This document shows, in pieces, positions 37,413 to 45,303 of a stretch of DNA of 64,000 bases; positions within the stretch are counted from its first letter, which is position 1; each line of letters begins with the position of its first letter. Location of the stretch: the IMG/VR virus record IMGVR_UViG_3300045988_082633; one strand, written 5' to 3'. A model generated the notes under the pieces. It saw only the letters and a list, made by a program, of their open reading frames with translations, did not search any database and was not told the DNA's origin. The translations under genes were made by a program, and so were the position numbers. The stretch is from a virus.

Positions 37413-37553
37413 ATGGAAAAAGTACTTAAAATAGTATTAAATATAGTTTTATATACGATATTAACTGTATTTGCAGGATTATTTTCTTTAGCTTTTCTAT
37501 TAGGATTAGCAGAAGGAGATTTCTCTCATGGATTACTTTACTATTTGCAATAA
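37413..37553 (+). CDS. small hydrophobic protein (46 aa), below the ORF-track cutoff
   Basis: My own translation: MEKVLKIVLNIVLYTILTVFAGLFSLAFLLGLAEGDFSHGLLYYLQ. Preceded by a strong AGGAGG 7 nt upstream. Confidence 0.45.
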   Translation: MEKVLKIVLNIVLYTILTVFAGLFSLAFLLGLAEGDFSHGLLYYLQ

Positions 37554-37560
37554 TATGACT

Positions 37561-37728
37561 ATGAAAATATTAATTTATTTATTAGTACGTAGTGGCAGAT
37601 TTACTGCATTACCAATAAGAGCATTCAAATCTGCTAAAAAAGCAGAGGAATATTTAAAACAGAAAGAAGTTGAAAACAAAAACTATCATGGGTATATAAT
37701 ACCTATTACTTTAGAAGACGAAGATTAG
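37561..37728 (+). CDS. small early protein, tandem paralogue a
   Basis: The track ORF is 37528..37728. The start at MKILIYLL (37561) is chosen by alignment with the next ORF (RAFKSAKKAEEYLKQKE vs VAFNSAKEAEEYGKQKY; both end LED-E/K-D). Confidence 0.55.
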   Translation: MKILIYLLVRSGRFTALPIRAFKSAKKAEEYLKQKEVENKNYHGYIIPITLEDED

Positions 37729-37751
37729 TGTTAACTTTAAATACATTAGCT

Positions 37752-37919
37752 ATGAGAAAAACAATTTATGTAATAATGATAACAACTGAATTTGGTAATT
37801 TACCAGAAGTAGCATTTAATTCTGCTAAAGAAGCAGAAGAATACGGAAAACAAAAATATGATACCAATAAAGATTATAATTGGTACATTTCAAGTATCTA
37901 TTTAGAAGATAAGGATTAG
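37752..37919 (+). CDS. small early protein, tandem paralogue b
   Basis: The track ORF starts at a GTG at 37728. The ATG at 37752 (MRKTIYVIM) aligns with paralogue a. Confidence 0.55.
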   Translation: MRKTIYVIMITTEFGNLPEVAFNSAKEAEEYGKQKYDTNKDYNWYISSIYLEDKD

Positions 37920-38146
37920 TACTAATATTAAATATGCTAATTTGTTAGGTGTTGTTAATTGTGTTAGAATGTGGAAGAGTATGAGGTGGACTATCCCCTT
38001 TTCACTTTTCTCTTTCTATCACAATTTTCTCTTTTACTACTACAATCAAAATTTTACTGCCTTTTATTCACATCTCTTATATCATTTATTATTTCATAAT
38101 AAATATAACTATCAATTAGAGTTTAACTCCCAATATTACTGCCAAT

Positions 38147-38251
38147 ATGGAAAAATATCAAACATCATCTTTAGAATCATATAACGAAGACTATCTTTAT
38201 GACTATATAGATGCCTTTGTAGAAGCTTTAGCTAAATTAGAAAAACAATAA
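38147..38251 (+). CDS. small acidic protein (34 aa), below the ORF-track cutoff
   Basis: My own translation: MEKYQTSSLESYNEDYLYDYIDAFVEALAKLEKQ. Confidence 0.3.
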   Translation: MEKYQTSSLESYNEDYLYDYIDAFVEALAKLEKQ

Positions 38252-38321
38252 TTTGTTCTTCTTTTAATATATAATTTTTAAGAATAAATTTAATAATAGA
38301 AACATATAAAATATTTATATT

Positions 38322-38588
38322 ATGAAAACCAATAAGCCAATAAGTTTGATAATAATACTTCTTGTAGGTATATGTTTAGGAATTTCTACATGTTCAGCTA
38401 TAAATTATATAGCTAATATTAACAATAAGACATTTGTTGTTAAGAATAATAATACTCGTGATTATAATTACGAACATTATTGTGATTCTATATATGAAGT
38501 AAATCCTGACTATTACTTAGATGTATTAGTTGAGACTGATAAATATCAGTCATATATTGAAGAACATGGAGAATGGTGGACTAATTAA
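38322..38588 (+). CDS. small secreted or lipoprotein-like protein
   Basis: 88 aa. N-terminus MKTNKPISLIIILLVGICLGISTCSAI (signal peptide with a Cys in a lipobox-like position). Confidence 0.5.
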   Translation: MKTNKPISLIIILLVGICLGISTCSAINYIANINNKTFVVKNNNTRDYNYEHYCDSIYEVNPDYYLDVLVETDKYQSYIEEHGEWWTN

Positions 38589-38655
38589 GTCTACCATTCT
38601 TTATAGTATTATCAAAAGTAATAATTATACTATTAAATATTGAAATAAAAGAATT

Positions 38656-38985
38656 ATGGAAAAGATAATACATGGACAACCTATTAAAAAAGGACAAATA
38701 GTAGAAATAACTATTCCTAATATAGAGCGTCCTATAAAAGCTGTAGTACTTGATATAATAGGATATTCTACAGGTGGCAATAGTGCTCATTATGTATGTA
38801 TAATGTATGCACAAAAGAGACTTTTTAAGGCATCTTTTGAGCATAATTGGTCTATAGAAGATAATTATGATGATGACCTTGGTACATCAAAAGGAATAGA
38901 AATTCATTATTATTATTCAGATTTAAAATATGAAGAAATAATAGTAGAATATTGTGAAATACCAGATATTCCATCAGATATTTAA
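38656..38985 (+). CDS. hypothetical early protein
   Basis: 109-aa ORF. No motif recognised. Confidence 0.5.
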   Translation: MEKIIHGQPIKKGQIVEITIPNIERPIKAVVLDIIGYSTGGNSAHYVCIMYAQKRLFKASFEHNWSIEDNYDDDLGTSKGIEIHYYYSDLKYEEIIVEYCEIPDIPSDI

Positions 38986-39018
38986 TCAAGTAATTAACAA
39001 ATTAAAAGAATAAATAAT

Positions 39019-39507
39019 ATGGAAACAAAAGAATTTAAAATTAATATTCCTAAGGGTTATGAAATAGATAAAGATAATTCAACCTTTGAATGTATTAAAT
39101 TTAAACTTATAAAGAAAGATATTACTTATGAAGATGTAGCAGAAGAACTATTCTCTAAAAATATATTTGCAATAGATCTTAATGGTATAATTGTTCATGG
39201 TACATGGGTAGGTAACTCAAAATTTGATATAAATAATGCTGCTAACAGAACGCAGCTTGAAAAACTTTTGGCTTTAAATCAACTTCTAAATATTGCTGAG
39301 TATTACAACAGGAAAAGTTCTAAAGAGGGAGAAGAAATATATTATATAAGATTTAATAAAGCAAAACTTAAATATTGTATTTCATATTGTAATGCAACTT
39401 TAATGGTTGTACATGGTTTACTTCCTATGTTTAACAATATAGATGATGCTCAAGCAGTAATAGATAATCTTAATTTTCGAGAAATTCTTGATACTATTTA
39501 TAAATAA
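39019..39507 (+). CDS. hypothetical early protein
   Basis: 162-aa ORF. No motif recognised. Confidence 0.55.
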   Translation: METKEFKINIPKGYEIDKDNSTFECIKFKLIKKDITYEDVAEELFSKNIFAIDLNGIIVHGTWVGNSKFDINNAANRTQLEKLLALNQLLNIAEYYNRKSSKEGEEIYYIRFNKAKLKYCISYCNATLMVVHGLLPMFNNIDDAQAVIDNLNFREILDTIYK

Positions 39508-39522
39508 ATAAAAATTAAAACA

Positions 39523-39792
39523 ATGAGAAAAATATTTTTAATTATGTTATTGTTAGTAGGACTTTCAATAACAGTATGTGCTAAAGATTATGTTCCTACA
39601 AAACGTCAATCAGTAGTTAATACTGATAGTACTACAAATGACACTTATACTATTAGTAGTGTTAAGTATTCTGTATTTAAGTCTAAACATGGTGCTTTTT
39701 ATATTTGGAAGACATCTAAGAAGACTGGTAAAAAGTATAAATATTATCTTCCTAAAGATATACAAATTCAAATGGGAAGAGTATATAAATAA
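39523..39792 (+). CDS. small secreted or lipoprotein-like basic protein
   Basis: 89 aa. N-terminus MRKIFLIMLLLVGLSITVCAKDY (signal peptide plus Cys). Confidence 0.5.
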   Translation: MRKIFLIMLLLVGLSITVCAKDYVPTKRQSVVNTDSTTNDTYTISSVKYSVFKSKHGAFYIWKTSKKTGKKYKYYLPKDIQIQMGRVYK

Positions 39793-39799
39793 AATAATT

Positions 39800-39852
39800 A
39801 ACATAATGATAACATTTAGTGCTAATATAGTATTAAATATTATCATTATGTT
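39800..39852 (+). terminator. long-loop hairpin after 39523..39792 (terminator-like)
   Basis: Perfect 13-bp arms AACATAATGATAA / TTATCATTATGTT with a 27-nt loop, followed by TCAAATAAAATT. Confidence 0.4.
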
Positions 39853-39922
39853 TCAAATAAAATTAAAATATAATATGGTGCTAAACCATATAGTTTAAAT
39901 AAACAAATAAATAATAATTATT

Positions 39923-40414
39923 ATGGAAAAGAAAGAAATTATCGCCGAATTGCTGAAGAATGGTGGTAAGTCTGTAAAAGACTTGAAGGTTAAAAATGTA
40001 ACAGTTACTCGTTGTGAAAATTATGTTCGTCTTGGTATCACTCTTGATAAACCTGTAGCTGGTATGGTAACAAAAGATAACGGTGTTACTTATGAAAAAG
40101 GAGAAACTAATGTTATATTTGTTTCTTTGTATTCTATTACATCACTTTTGAAAGACGACGATGATGCTGCATTTGCTGCTAATCATCTTGTTGAACATCC
40201 TGATAGTATGAGTATTATACTTTCTCGTGCTACCCTTAATATTATTCAGGAAACTGTAGAAGCAGGTACTGAGTATAAAAATCCTTGGTCTAATAATGCA
40301 GAAGCTACTGTATTTGACCATGAGACTATTATTACTCATGTTACTGATGTAACACTTAGTGATTTTGCTATTCGTAAGCTTGATAAACTTGCAGATAGTC
40401 TACTTGGTATTTAA
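39923..40414 (+). CDS. GC-richer early protein, paralogue 2 (163 aa, unknown function)
   Basis: Homologous to 36720..37136 over most of its length. Elevated GC codon usage and its own terminator. Confidence 0.75.
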   Translation: MEKKEIIAELLKNGGKSVKDLKVKNVTVTRCENYVRLGITLDKPVAGMVTKDNGVTYEKGETNVIFVSLYSITSLLKDDDDAAFAANHLVEHPDSMSIILSRATLNIIQETVEAGTEYKNPWSNNAEATVFDHETIITHVTDVTLSDFAIRKLDKLADSLLGI

Positions 40415-40425
40415 TGTATAACTTT

Positions 40426-40459
40426 GCACTACTATGAGTAGAAATACTTATAGTAGTGC
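40426..40459 (+). terminator. hairpin terminator with a GAAA tetraloop after paralogue 2
   Basis: GCACTACTAT(G)AGTA-GAAA-TACT(T)ATAGTAGTGC followed by TTTAAC. The outer 10 bp are perfect. Confidence 0.6.
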
Positions 40460-40631
40460 TTTAACACCTACAAACATTATGCATTTTTATTTCTTTAAAT
40501 CTACTTGTGATAAAGATTCTGTTAATAACTTAAGTGTATTTACTAGTAATCCTTTTAAAGCTTTTGTTATTGCACGTCGTTATTTTATTAAACATAATTG
40601 TAAGGGAGTACCTGCATTATTAATAATTTAA
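40434..40631 (+). CDS. possible small ORF (65 aa), doubtful
   Basis: The ORF starts inside the terminator hairpin. It is followed by the 13-bp-arm hairpin at 40643-40697. Coding status is uncertain. Confidence 0.25.
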   Translation: MSRNTYSSALTPTNIMHFYFFKSTCDKDSVNNLSVFTSNPFKAFVIARRYFIKHNCKGVPALLII

Positions 40632-40642
40632 ATGATAATCTT

Positions 40643-40697
40643 AATAGTGAAATATATAAGTGTTAAAAAGTATTTAATATGATAATATTTCACTATT
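40643..40697 (+). terminator. 13-bp-arm inverted repeat (terminator or regulatory hairpin)
   Basis: AATAGTGAAATAT (40643-40655) / ATATTTCACTATT (40685-40697), followed by TATTTCTATATTTG. Confidence 0.4.
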
Positions 40698-40732
40698 TAT
40701 TTCTATATTTGTAACAATTAAATAATATAAAT

Positions 40733-40873
40733 ATGGAAGATAATTTTGATGAATTTAGTGTTCTTATTGAATCTGATGTTTTATTTCAAGATTTCGATGA
40801 TGTCGATTTATATGGTGATAAAATAGAAGAAGAGAGCACTGATGGATATGGTGATAATATCCAATTTGAATAA
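40733..40873 (+). CDS. very acidic mini-protein (46 aa), below the ORF-track cutoff
   Basis: My own translation: MEDNFDEFSVLIESDVLFQDFDDVDLYGDKIEEESTDGYGDNIQFE (about 40% D/E by count). Confidence 0.4.
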   Translation: MEDNFDEFSVLIESDVLFQDFDDVDLYGDKIEEESTDGYGDNIQFE

Positions 40874-40892
40874 CTTATTAAATATTTTAATT

Positions 40893-41279
40893 ATGGATAC
40901 AAAAAGTAAAACTGAGAACAAGCCTATGCCTGCTCTTATGCGTAAAACTAAAACGCAACTTATAGATATTATCTTAAGGAAAGATAGTATTGAATGTAAT
41001 CTTCGTAATGATATTAAGACTATGGAAAATAAACTTAATGATTATGAAGAAAAAGTTAATAATTATAAAGAAAAACTTTCTAAATTTAATACTCTTTTAA
41101 TTTCTAAAGATCATGATTATAATGTTCTTAATGATGATTTTAAGAGTAGTTGTGATGAAAATGCTTCTACAATATGTGACTTAAAAGAAACTATAGAGCA
41201 CAATAAGTCTACTATTTTTAAACTTTATATTAGTCTTGTTGTTTCTTTTCTTATCATACTCTGCCTTTGCTGCTTATAA
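40893..41279 (+). CDS. coiled-coil protein with a C-terminal membrane anchor
   Basis: The track ORF starts at 40842. The ATG at 40893 (MDTKSKTENKP) is the likelier start. The central region is heptad-like and the C-terminus is LYISLVVSFLIILCLCCL. Confidence 0.55.
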   Translation: MDTKSKTENKPMPALMRKTKTQLIDIILRKDSIECNLRNDIKTMENKLNDYEEKVNNYKEKLSKFNTLLISKDHDYNVLNDDFKSSCDENASTICDLKETIEHNKSTIFKLYISLVVSFLIILCLCCL

Positions 41280-41310
41280 AGGCTTTGTGGTTTGCCTGTA
41301 TTTAAATCCC

Positions 41311-41349
41311 AGACTGATATTGCTTGTGAAAGTAGTATCAGTCTTTTTG
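41311..41349 (+). terminator. rho-independent-type terminator
   Basis: AGACTGATA / TATCAGTCT stem with a 16-nt loop, followed by TTTTGCT. About 30 nt after the stop of 40893..41279. Confidence 0.65.
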
Positions 41350-41380
41350 CTAATAATATTGTTAATTTAATATTTGAAAA

Positions 41381-41525
41381 TTGAAAAATATGTGGATAAC
41401 AATATATAATAATATGTCATATTTGCCACCAATTTTCGCTTGTGTTGGACTTTATATAAGGCAATGATAGTTTATAAGCACCCCCGTAGAAGCGTGTCTT
41501 AAATAGTTTAAAAATAAATACAATA
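41381..41525 (+). repeat. repeated intergenic element, copy A
   Basis: Core GCCACCAATTTTCGCTTGTGTTGG (41425-41448), then CTTTATAT, AAGGCAA, TCTTAAATAG and AAAAATAAATACAAT, collinear with copy B. Lies between a terminator and gene 41556 and carries GC-motif copy 7. Confidence 0.6.
41481..41491 (+). repeat. GC-rich interspersed motif, copy 7
   Basis: Plus strand reads AGCACCCCCGTAGAAGCGTG. Intergenic, on the coding strand 64 nt upstream of the ATG at 41556. Confidence 0.85.
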
Positions 41526-41555
41526 TTTCGTAGTTATATAAATAATAATACAATT

Positions 41556-41867
41556 ATGAATGCAAAAGAAGAATTATTACATATAATAACTGCTAGAAAT
41601 CTTACTATTCTTAAAATAGATATAGTATATGAACCTATGGATTATGATACCTCTTGTGGTGAATATAAGACATATACTAAAGGTATAACATCTTTTAATG
41701 ATCTTGATTTTTGTTATGATAATGGCTATGGTACTCAAGAATTATTTGGTGTTGTATATTGTAAAGATTCTAACAATAAACCTGTTTGGCTTACAAGAGA
41801 AGAATATGATGGTAGTGAATGGTGGAATATAAATACTATTCCAAAATTTTATGATACTATTAAATAA
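41556..41867 (+). CDS. hypothetical protein
   Basis: 103-aa ORF. No motif recognised. Confidence 0.55.
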   Translation: MNAKEELLHIITARNLTILKIDIVYEPMDYDTSCGEYKTYTKGITSFNDLDFCYDNGYGTQELFGVVYCKDSNNKPVWLTREEYDGSEWWNINTIPKFYDTIK

Positions 41868-42005
41868 AATAATAAAGAAAACTTAAAAATAACTTTCCAA
41901 GTTGTTGAGGACAGCTATGGTTATCCTTGTATTCTTTATAAATATAAGGTTTTAGCTGTAAAACACATAATTTTTAGTGTTTAATTTAATTTTATTATTA
42001 ACTTT

Positions 42006-42013
42006 TAAATTTG
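42006..42013 (+). promoter_or_regulatory. candidate Bacteroides-type -7 box (TAAATTTG)
   Basis: Matches TAnnTTTG 8 nt upstream of the ATG at 42021, which would imply a near-leaderless mRNA. A single short match, so weak. Confidence 0.2.
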
Positions 42014-42020
42014 TTGTAAA

Positions 42021-42308
42021 ATGAGTAAAAATCATGATGAAAGCAAAGACATTCGTCTTATTAGTAGAATTGCTAAAATGGATTATTCTAATAAGACTAT
42101 TCAAGTACCTAAAACTTCTATTATTGGTAATAGAACTTGGGGTCGTATTGATTTTCTTACACATTATCGTGGATGGACCTTTGTTTGGAATAATTCTGTT
42201 CATATAGCTGAAAAACTTTCTACAAGTGACGATATTGTTAAACATAAACGTGATATAAAGAAAGTTGCTAAAGAAAAAACATTAACTGATAAAAGAAAGA
42301 AGAAATAA
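42021..42308 (+). CDS. hypothetical protein with a basic C-terminus
   Basis: 95-aa ORF. TAATG coupling to the next ORF. Confidence 0.55.
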   Translation: MSKNHDESKDIRLISRIAKMDYSNKTIQVPKTSIIGNRTWGRIDFLTHYRGWTFVWNNSVHIAEKLSTSDDIVKHKRDIKKVAKEKTLTDKRKKK

Positions 42309-42817
42309 TGGTAAAGATGTCCACTCCTACATTTACTATTAAACTTGTTTCTAAATCAAAAATTAAGAATAATATTGATAAATCATTTTATAAATGTTCT
42401 CGTAAATGTTATGCAGTTGTTGTTAAAATAAATAACGAATTTAAGGCTGTTGTTAATATAAACGGAAAATATGATTCTGTAATTGAAATAGATCAACTTG
42501 ATGATTCTAGATTGATTTTTCCTTTTACTGAAGCAAGTTTAAATTTAAAAGATAGAACTCATGTTTTTCTTAAAGATGTAGATGAATCAGGAAAACATAC
42601 TATTATTATAAGAACAAAAGAACAATGTCATTGTTATCCTGGATTACCTACTCAATATGATGCAGTTAAAGAAAATCTTTTAATTGCAGGTCATATTATT
42701 AGTAAAAATGGTAAAATGTATTTTGATTATGAAGATTTAGTTAAATATAATTATTTATCTGAATTTAAAATTTGTGATATTAAAATAGATAACAATAAAC
42801 CTCTTTTTAGTAAATGA
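42308..42817 (+). CDS. hypothetical protein
   Basis: 169-aa ORF with a 4-nt overlap with the helicase gene. Confidence 0.55.
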   Translation: MVKMSTPTFTIKLVSKSKIKNNIDKSFYKCSRKCYAVVVKINNEFKAVVNINGKYDSVIEIDQLDDSRLIFPFTEASLNLKDRTHVFLKDVDESGKHTIIIRTKEQCHCYPGLPTQYDAVKENLLIAGHIISKNGKMYFDYEDLVKYNYLSEFKICDIKIDNNKPLFSK

Positions 42818-44283
42818 ATATAATTTCTATAAGTCAAGCAAATGGTAAAGATGCAGTTAATATTGCAGGATTTACAAATGACCAAATGAAAGCATATCAT
42901 GCTCTTATAGAATTTATTAACAATCCTTATAATGTTAATGATTATAAAAGAGCATTAATTGGTGCTGCTGGTACAGGTAAGACTTATTTAGTTAAAGCAC
43001 TTATTAAAAATTGTGGTTTAAGTTATTCTACTATAGGTCTTGCCGCTCCTACACATAAAGCGTGTAGAGTATTAAATGAATCTATTCAAATTCCGAATGT
43101 TAAAGTAAATACTCTTCAATCTGATTTAGGATTAAGACTTAACTTTGATGTTGAAAAATTTGATATAGATAATCCTCCTTTTGATCCTAAAGGTAGAATT
43201 AAAATTGGAAATTATCAACTTTATATAGTTGATGAATCTTCTATGATAAATCGTGGTCTTCTTATGTTTCTTGAAAAAACATGTAAAAGTAACAAATGTA
43301 AGATTATTTATATAGGAGATGCTAGTCAACTTGCTCCTGTTGGTGAAAAATATAGTTCTGCTTTTAAAGGTATTAAAACTAGTAATTTAACTCAAATTGT
43401 AAGACAAGGAGAAGATAATCCTATTAGTTATCTTTTAGATTTACTTCGATATGATGTAGAACATAAAACTTTTACATTTCTTGAATATATAACAAAAAAT
43501 CGTTGTAAATTTAATGATGATAATACTAAAGGTTATCAAGTTTGTAATCCTAAAGAATTTGAATATTTAGTTCGAATTAACTTTAGTGATGAAGAACTTA
43601 CAAGAAATATAGATTATGTAAAAGTAATTGCATATACTAATAATACTGTTTCTGCTTGGAATAAATTTATTAGAAATACTATAATTAGTGATTCTGAAAA
43701 ATCTGTTATTACAAAGAATGATTTAATTATTAGTTATGTAACTTTAGTAAATCAGTTTAATGATTGTATTATTAAAAATTCTGAAGAATATGTATTAAAA
43801 GATGTTGTAAATTATACACATCCTAAATATAATCTTAAAGGATTTATGGTTAGATTTATAGCAATTCATGGTGGTACTGTTACCTCTCCTATATTTGTTA
43901 TTGATCATAAAGATAGTTTTACTATTCAAATGTATGTAAAATTATCTCGTGAATTGATACAAGCTGCTAAAACTGCATCTATTAGAGTTCGTGCTCAACG
44001 GTGGAAAGATTATTTTAGTTTTAAAGAAAGTTGTTTACTTCTTACTAATATAATTAATCCTAATACTAGAAAAATTGAGTTTAGAAGAGATTTAGATTAT
44101 GGATTTAGTCTAACTGCTCATAAATCTCAAGGTTCTACATTTAATACTTCTTTTGTTGATGTAAATGATATTGTGTTTGATAAATATGGTAATCCTTATA
44201 CAGATGCAGAAGAAATAAATAGGCGACTTTATGTTGCCGCATCACGTTGTAAAAATAAATTATATTTAAAATATGGACAATAA
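42814..44283 (+). CDS. SF1 DNA helicase (Dda/RecD-like)
   Basis: Walker A GAAGTGKTY, Walker B LYIVDESSM, IYIGDASQLAPV, TAHKSQGSTF and LYVAASRCK, in the order expected for RecD/Dda-type helicases. Confidence 0.85.
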   Translation: MNIISISQANGKDAVNIAGFTNDQMKAYHALIEFINNPYNVNDYKRALIGAAGTGKTYLVKALIKNCGLSYSTIGLAAPTHKACRVLNESIQIPNVKVNTLQSDLGLRLNFDVEKFDIDNPPFDPKGRIKIGNYQLYIVDESSMINRGLLMFLEKTCKSNKCKIIYIGDASQLAPVGEKYSSAFKGIKTSNLTQIVRQGEDNPISYLLDLLRYDVEHKTFTFLEYITKNRCKFNDDNTKGYQVCNPKEFEYLVRINFSDEELTRNIDYVKVIAYTNNTVSAWNKFIRNTIISDSEKSVITKNDLIISYVTLVNQFNDCIIKNSEEYVLKDVVNYTHPKYNLKGFMVRFIAIHGGTVTSPIFVIDHKDSFTIQMYVKLSRELIQAAKTASIRVRAQRWKDYFSFKESCLLLTNIINPNTRKIEFRRDLDYGFSLTAHKSQGSTFNTSFVDVNDIVFDKYGNPYTDAEEINRRLYVAASRCKNKLYLKYGQ

Positions 44284-44549
44284 TAATATTGGAGATAAAC
44301 CTCTTGCCACAGTAGTTACTACTCCAAATAAAAAAAAAATGTAAATGTTGTGGTAAAGAACTTCCTATAAGTTATTTTAAGAAAAAAGGAACAGGTTATT
44401 GTAATACTTGTATGACTTGTCAACGTAAAGAAAATGGTATTAGTGAAAAATTTAAAAATTTCACTTCTCGTGAACTTATAGAAGAACTTATAAGTAGAGG
44501 TTATAAAGGTGAACTTAAATATGTTAAAGTTGAAACATTTAAATTATAA
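44273..44549 (+). CDS. Cys-rich (zinc-ribbon-like) small protein whose frame is broken at an A10 run
   Basis: ATG 44273 gives [23 protein letters not shown]-stop. The +1 frame continues from the A10 run (44330-44339) as [33 protein letters not shown]... to TAA at 44547-44549 and has no start codon of its own before the Cys cluster. Confidence 0.4.
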
Positions 44550-44554
44550 GAAAT

Positions 44555-44719
44555 ATGAAAGCATCAAGAATTTATCTATATAATAAAACAAAAGGAGAAC
44601 TTCGTCATGAACATGAGGTTGTTAATGCTAAACGATTAGGAAGTAAACATCCTGGTAGTAAAACAGCTAAAACACTTCATATATTGTTTGAAAATAATCC
44701 ATATAAAGACATAAAATAG
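44555..44719 (+). CDS. small basic protein (54 aa), below the ORF-track cutoff
   Basis: My own translation: MKASRIYLYNKTKGELRHEHEVVNAKRLGSKHPGSKTAKTLHILFENNPYKDIK. Confidence 0.35.
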   Translation: MKASRIYLYNKTKGELRHEHEVVNAKRLGSKHPGSKTAKTLHILFENNPYKDIK

Positions 44720-44742
44720 GTTATCAAAAATATATTCAATTT

Positions 44743-45303
44743 ATGAGTATATGTAATGATTGTCCTATACGTCTTTTTAATAATAAGCATTATAATCTAC
44801 AAGGAATTGGCAATCCTTATTTTGGTAATTGTATTGTAGTTCCTAATGTAGATTATAATGCTTATAAAAAAGGTAGTATGGGATTTAGTAATCAAGTAGA
44901 GATAATTAAAGAAACTCTACACCTTTCTACGGGGGGTGTCGATGAACTAGATGGTTTTTATATAGTTCCTCTAATTCGTTGTAATGAAAGTATTTCTTGT
45001 GAATTAGATAATAATTCTTATAATAGATGTTTACAACATTTTGCTAATGATATTTGTAAATATAATTTTAAGAATATTCTACTTCTTGGAGATGCTGGAA
45101 GAAGATTTCTTAATTGTGATATATCTGATAATTTAAATAATCTCATAATATCATCTAATAATAGGTTTTATAATATAAATTATTCTCCTCTTATAAAATA
45201 TGTAAATGAAGAGAAATTTGCTATATTTGAAACTTATTTAAGAAAATGGTATTCTTGTTGTATTGCTCGAAATTTTAATACTTATAATATAATAAAAGTA
45301 TGA
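44743..45303 (+). CDS. uracil-DNA glycosylase-fold protein (family-4-like, divergent motifs)
   Basis: 186 aa. N-terminal CNDCPIRL...GIGNPYFGNCIVVPNV, FYIVPLIRCN and ILLLGDAGRRFL are collinear with family-4 UDGs as I recall them. It lies just upstream of the DNA polymerase (one 76-aa ORF between), as I recall for crAss-like phages. Contains motif copy 8. Confidence 0.5.
   Translation: MSICNDCPIRLFNNKHYNLQGIGNPYFGNCIVVPNVDYNAYKKGSMGFSNQVEIIKETLHLSTGGVDELDGFYIVPLIRCNESISCELDNNSYNRCLQHFANDICKYNFKNILLLGDAGRRFLNCDISDNLNNLIISSNNRFYNINYSPLIKYVNEEKFAIFETYLRKWYSCCIARNFNTYNIIKV
44925..44935 (-). repeat. GC-rich interspersed motif, copy 8 (reads on the minus strand)
   Basis: Plus strand reads CTTTCTACGGGGGGTGTCGATG. 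Inside the UDG-like gene, antisense orientation; the gene reads TCT ACG GGG GGT = S-T-G-G. Confidence 0.85.

Noticed and set aside
37942-38184. 80-aa ORF (TTG start) between the tandem mini-paralogues and the 34-aa ORF.
   Set aside because: The composition is F/Y/L/N-rich and low-complexity with a non-ATG start. The stretch looks like leader or promoter DNA; it contains GTGTTGTTAATTGTGTTAGAATGTGG, which resembles the hairpin region at 36492.
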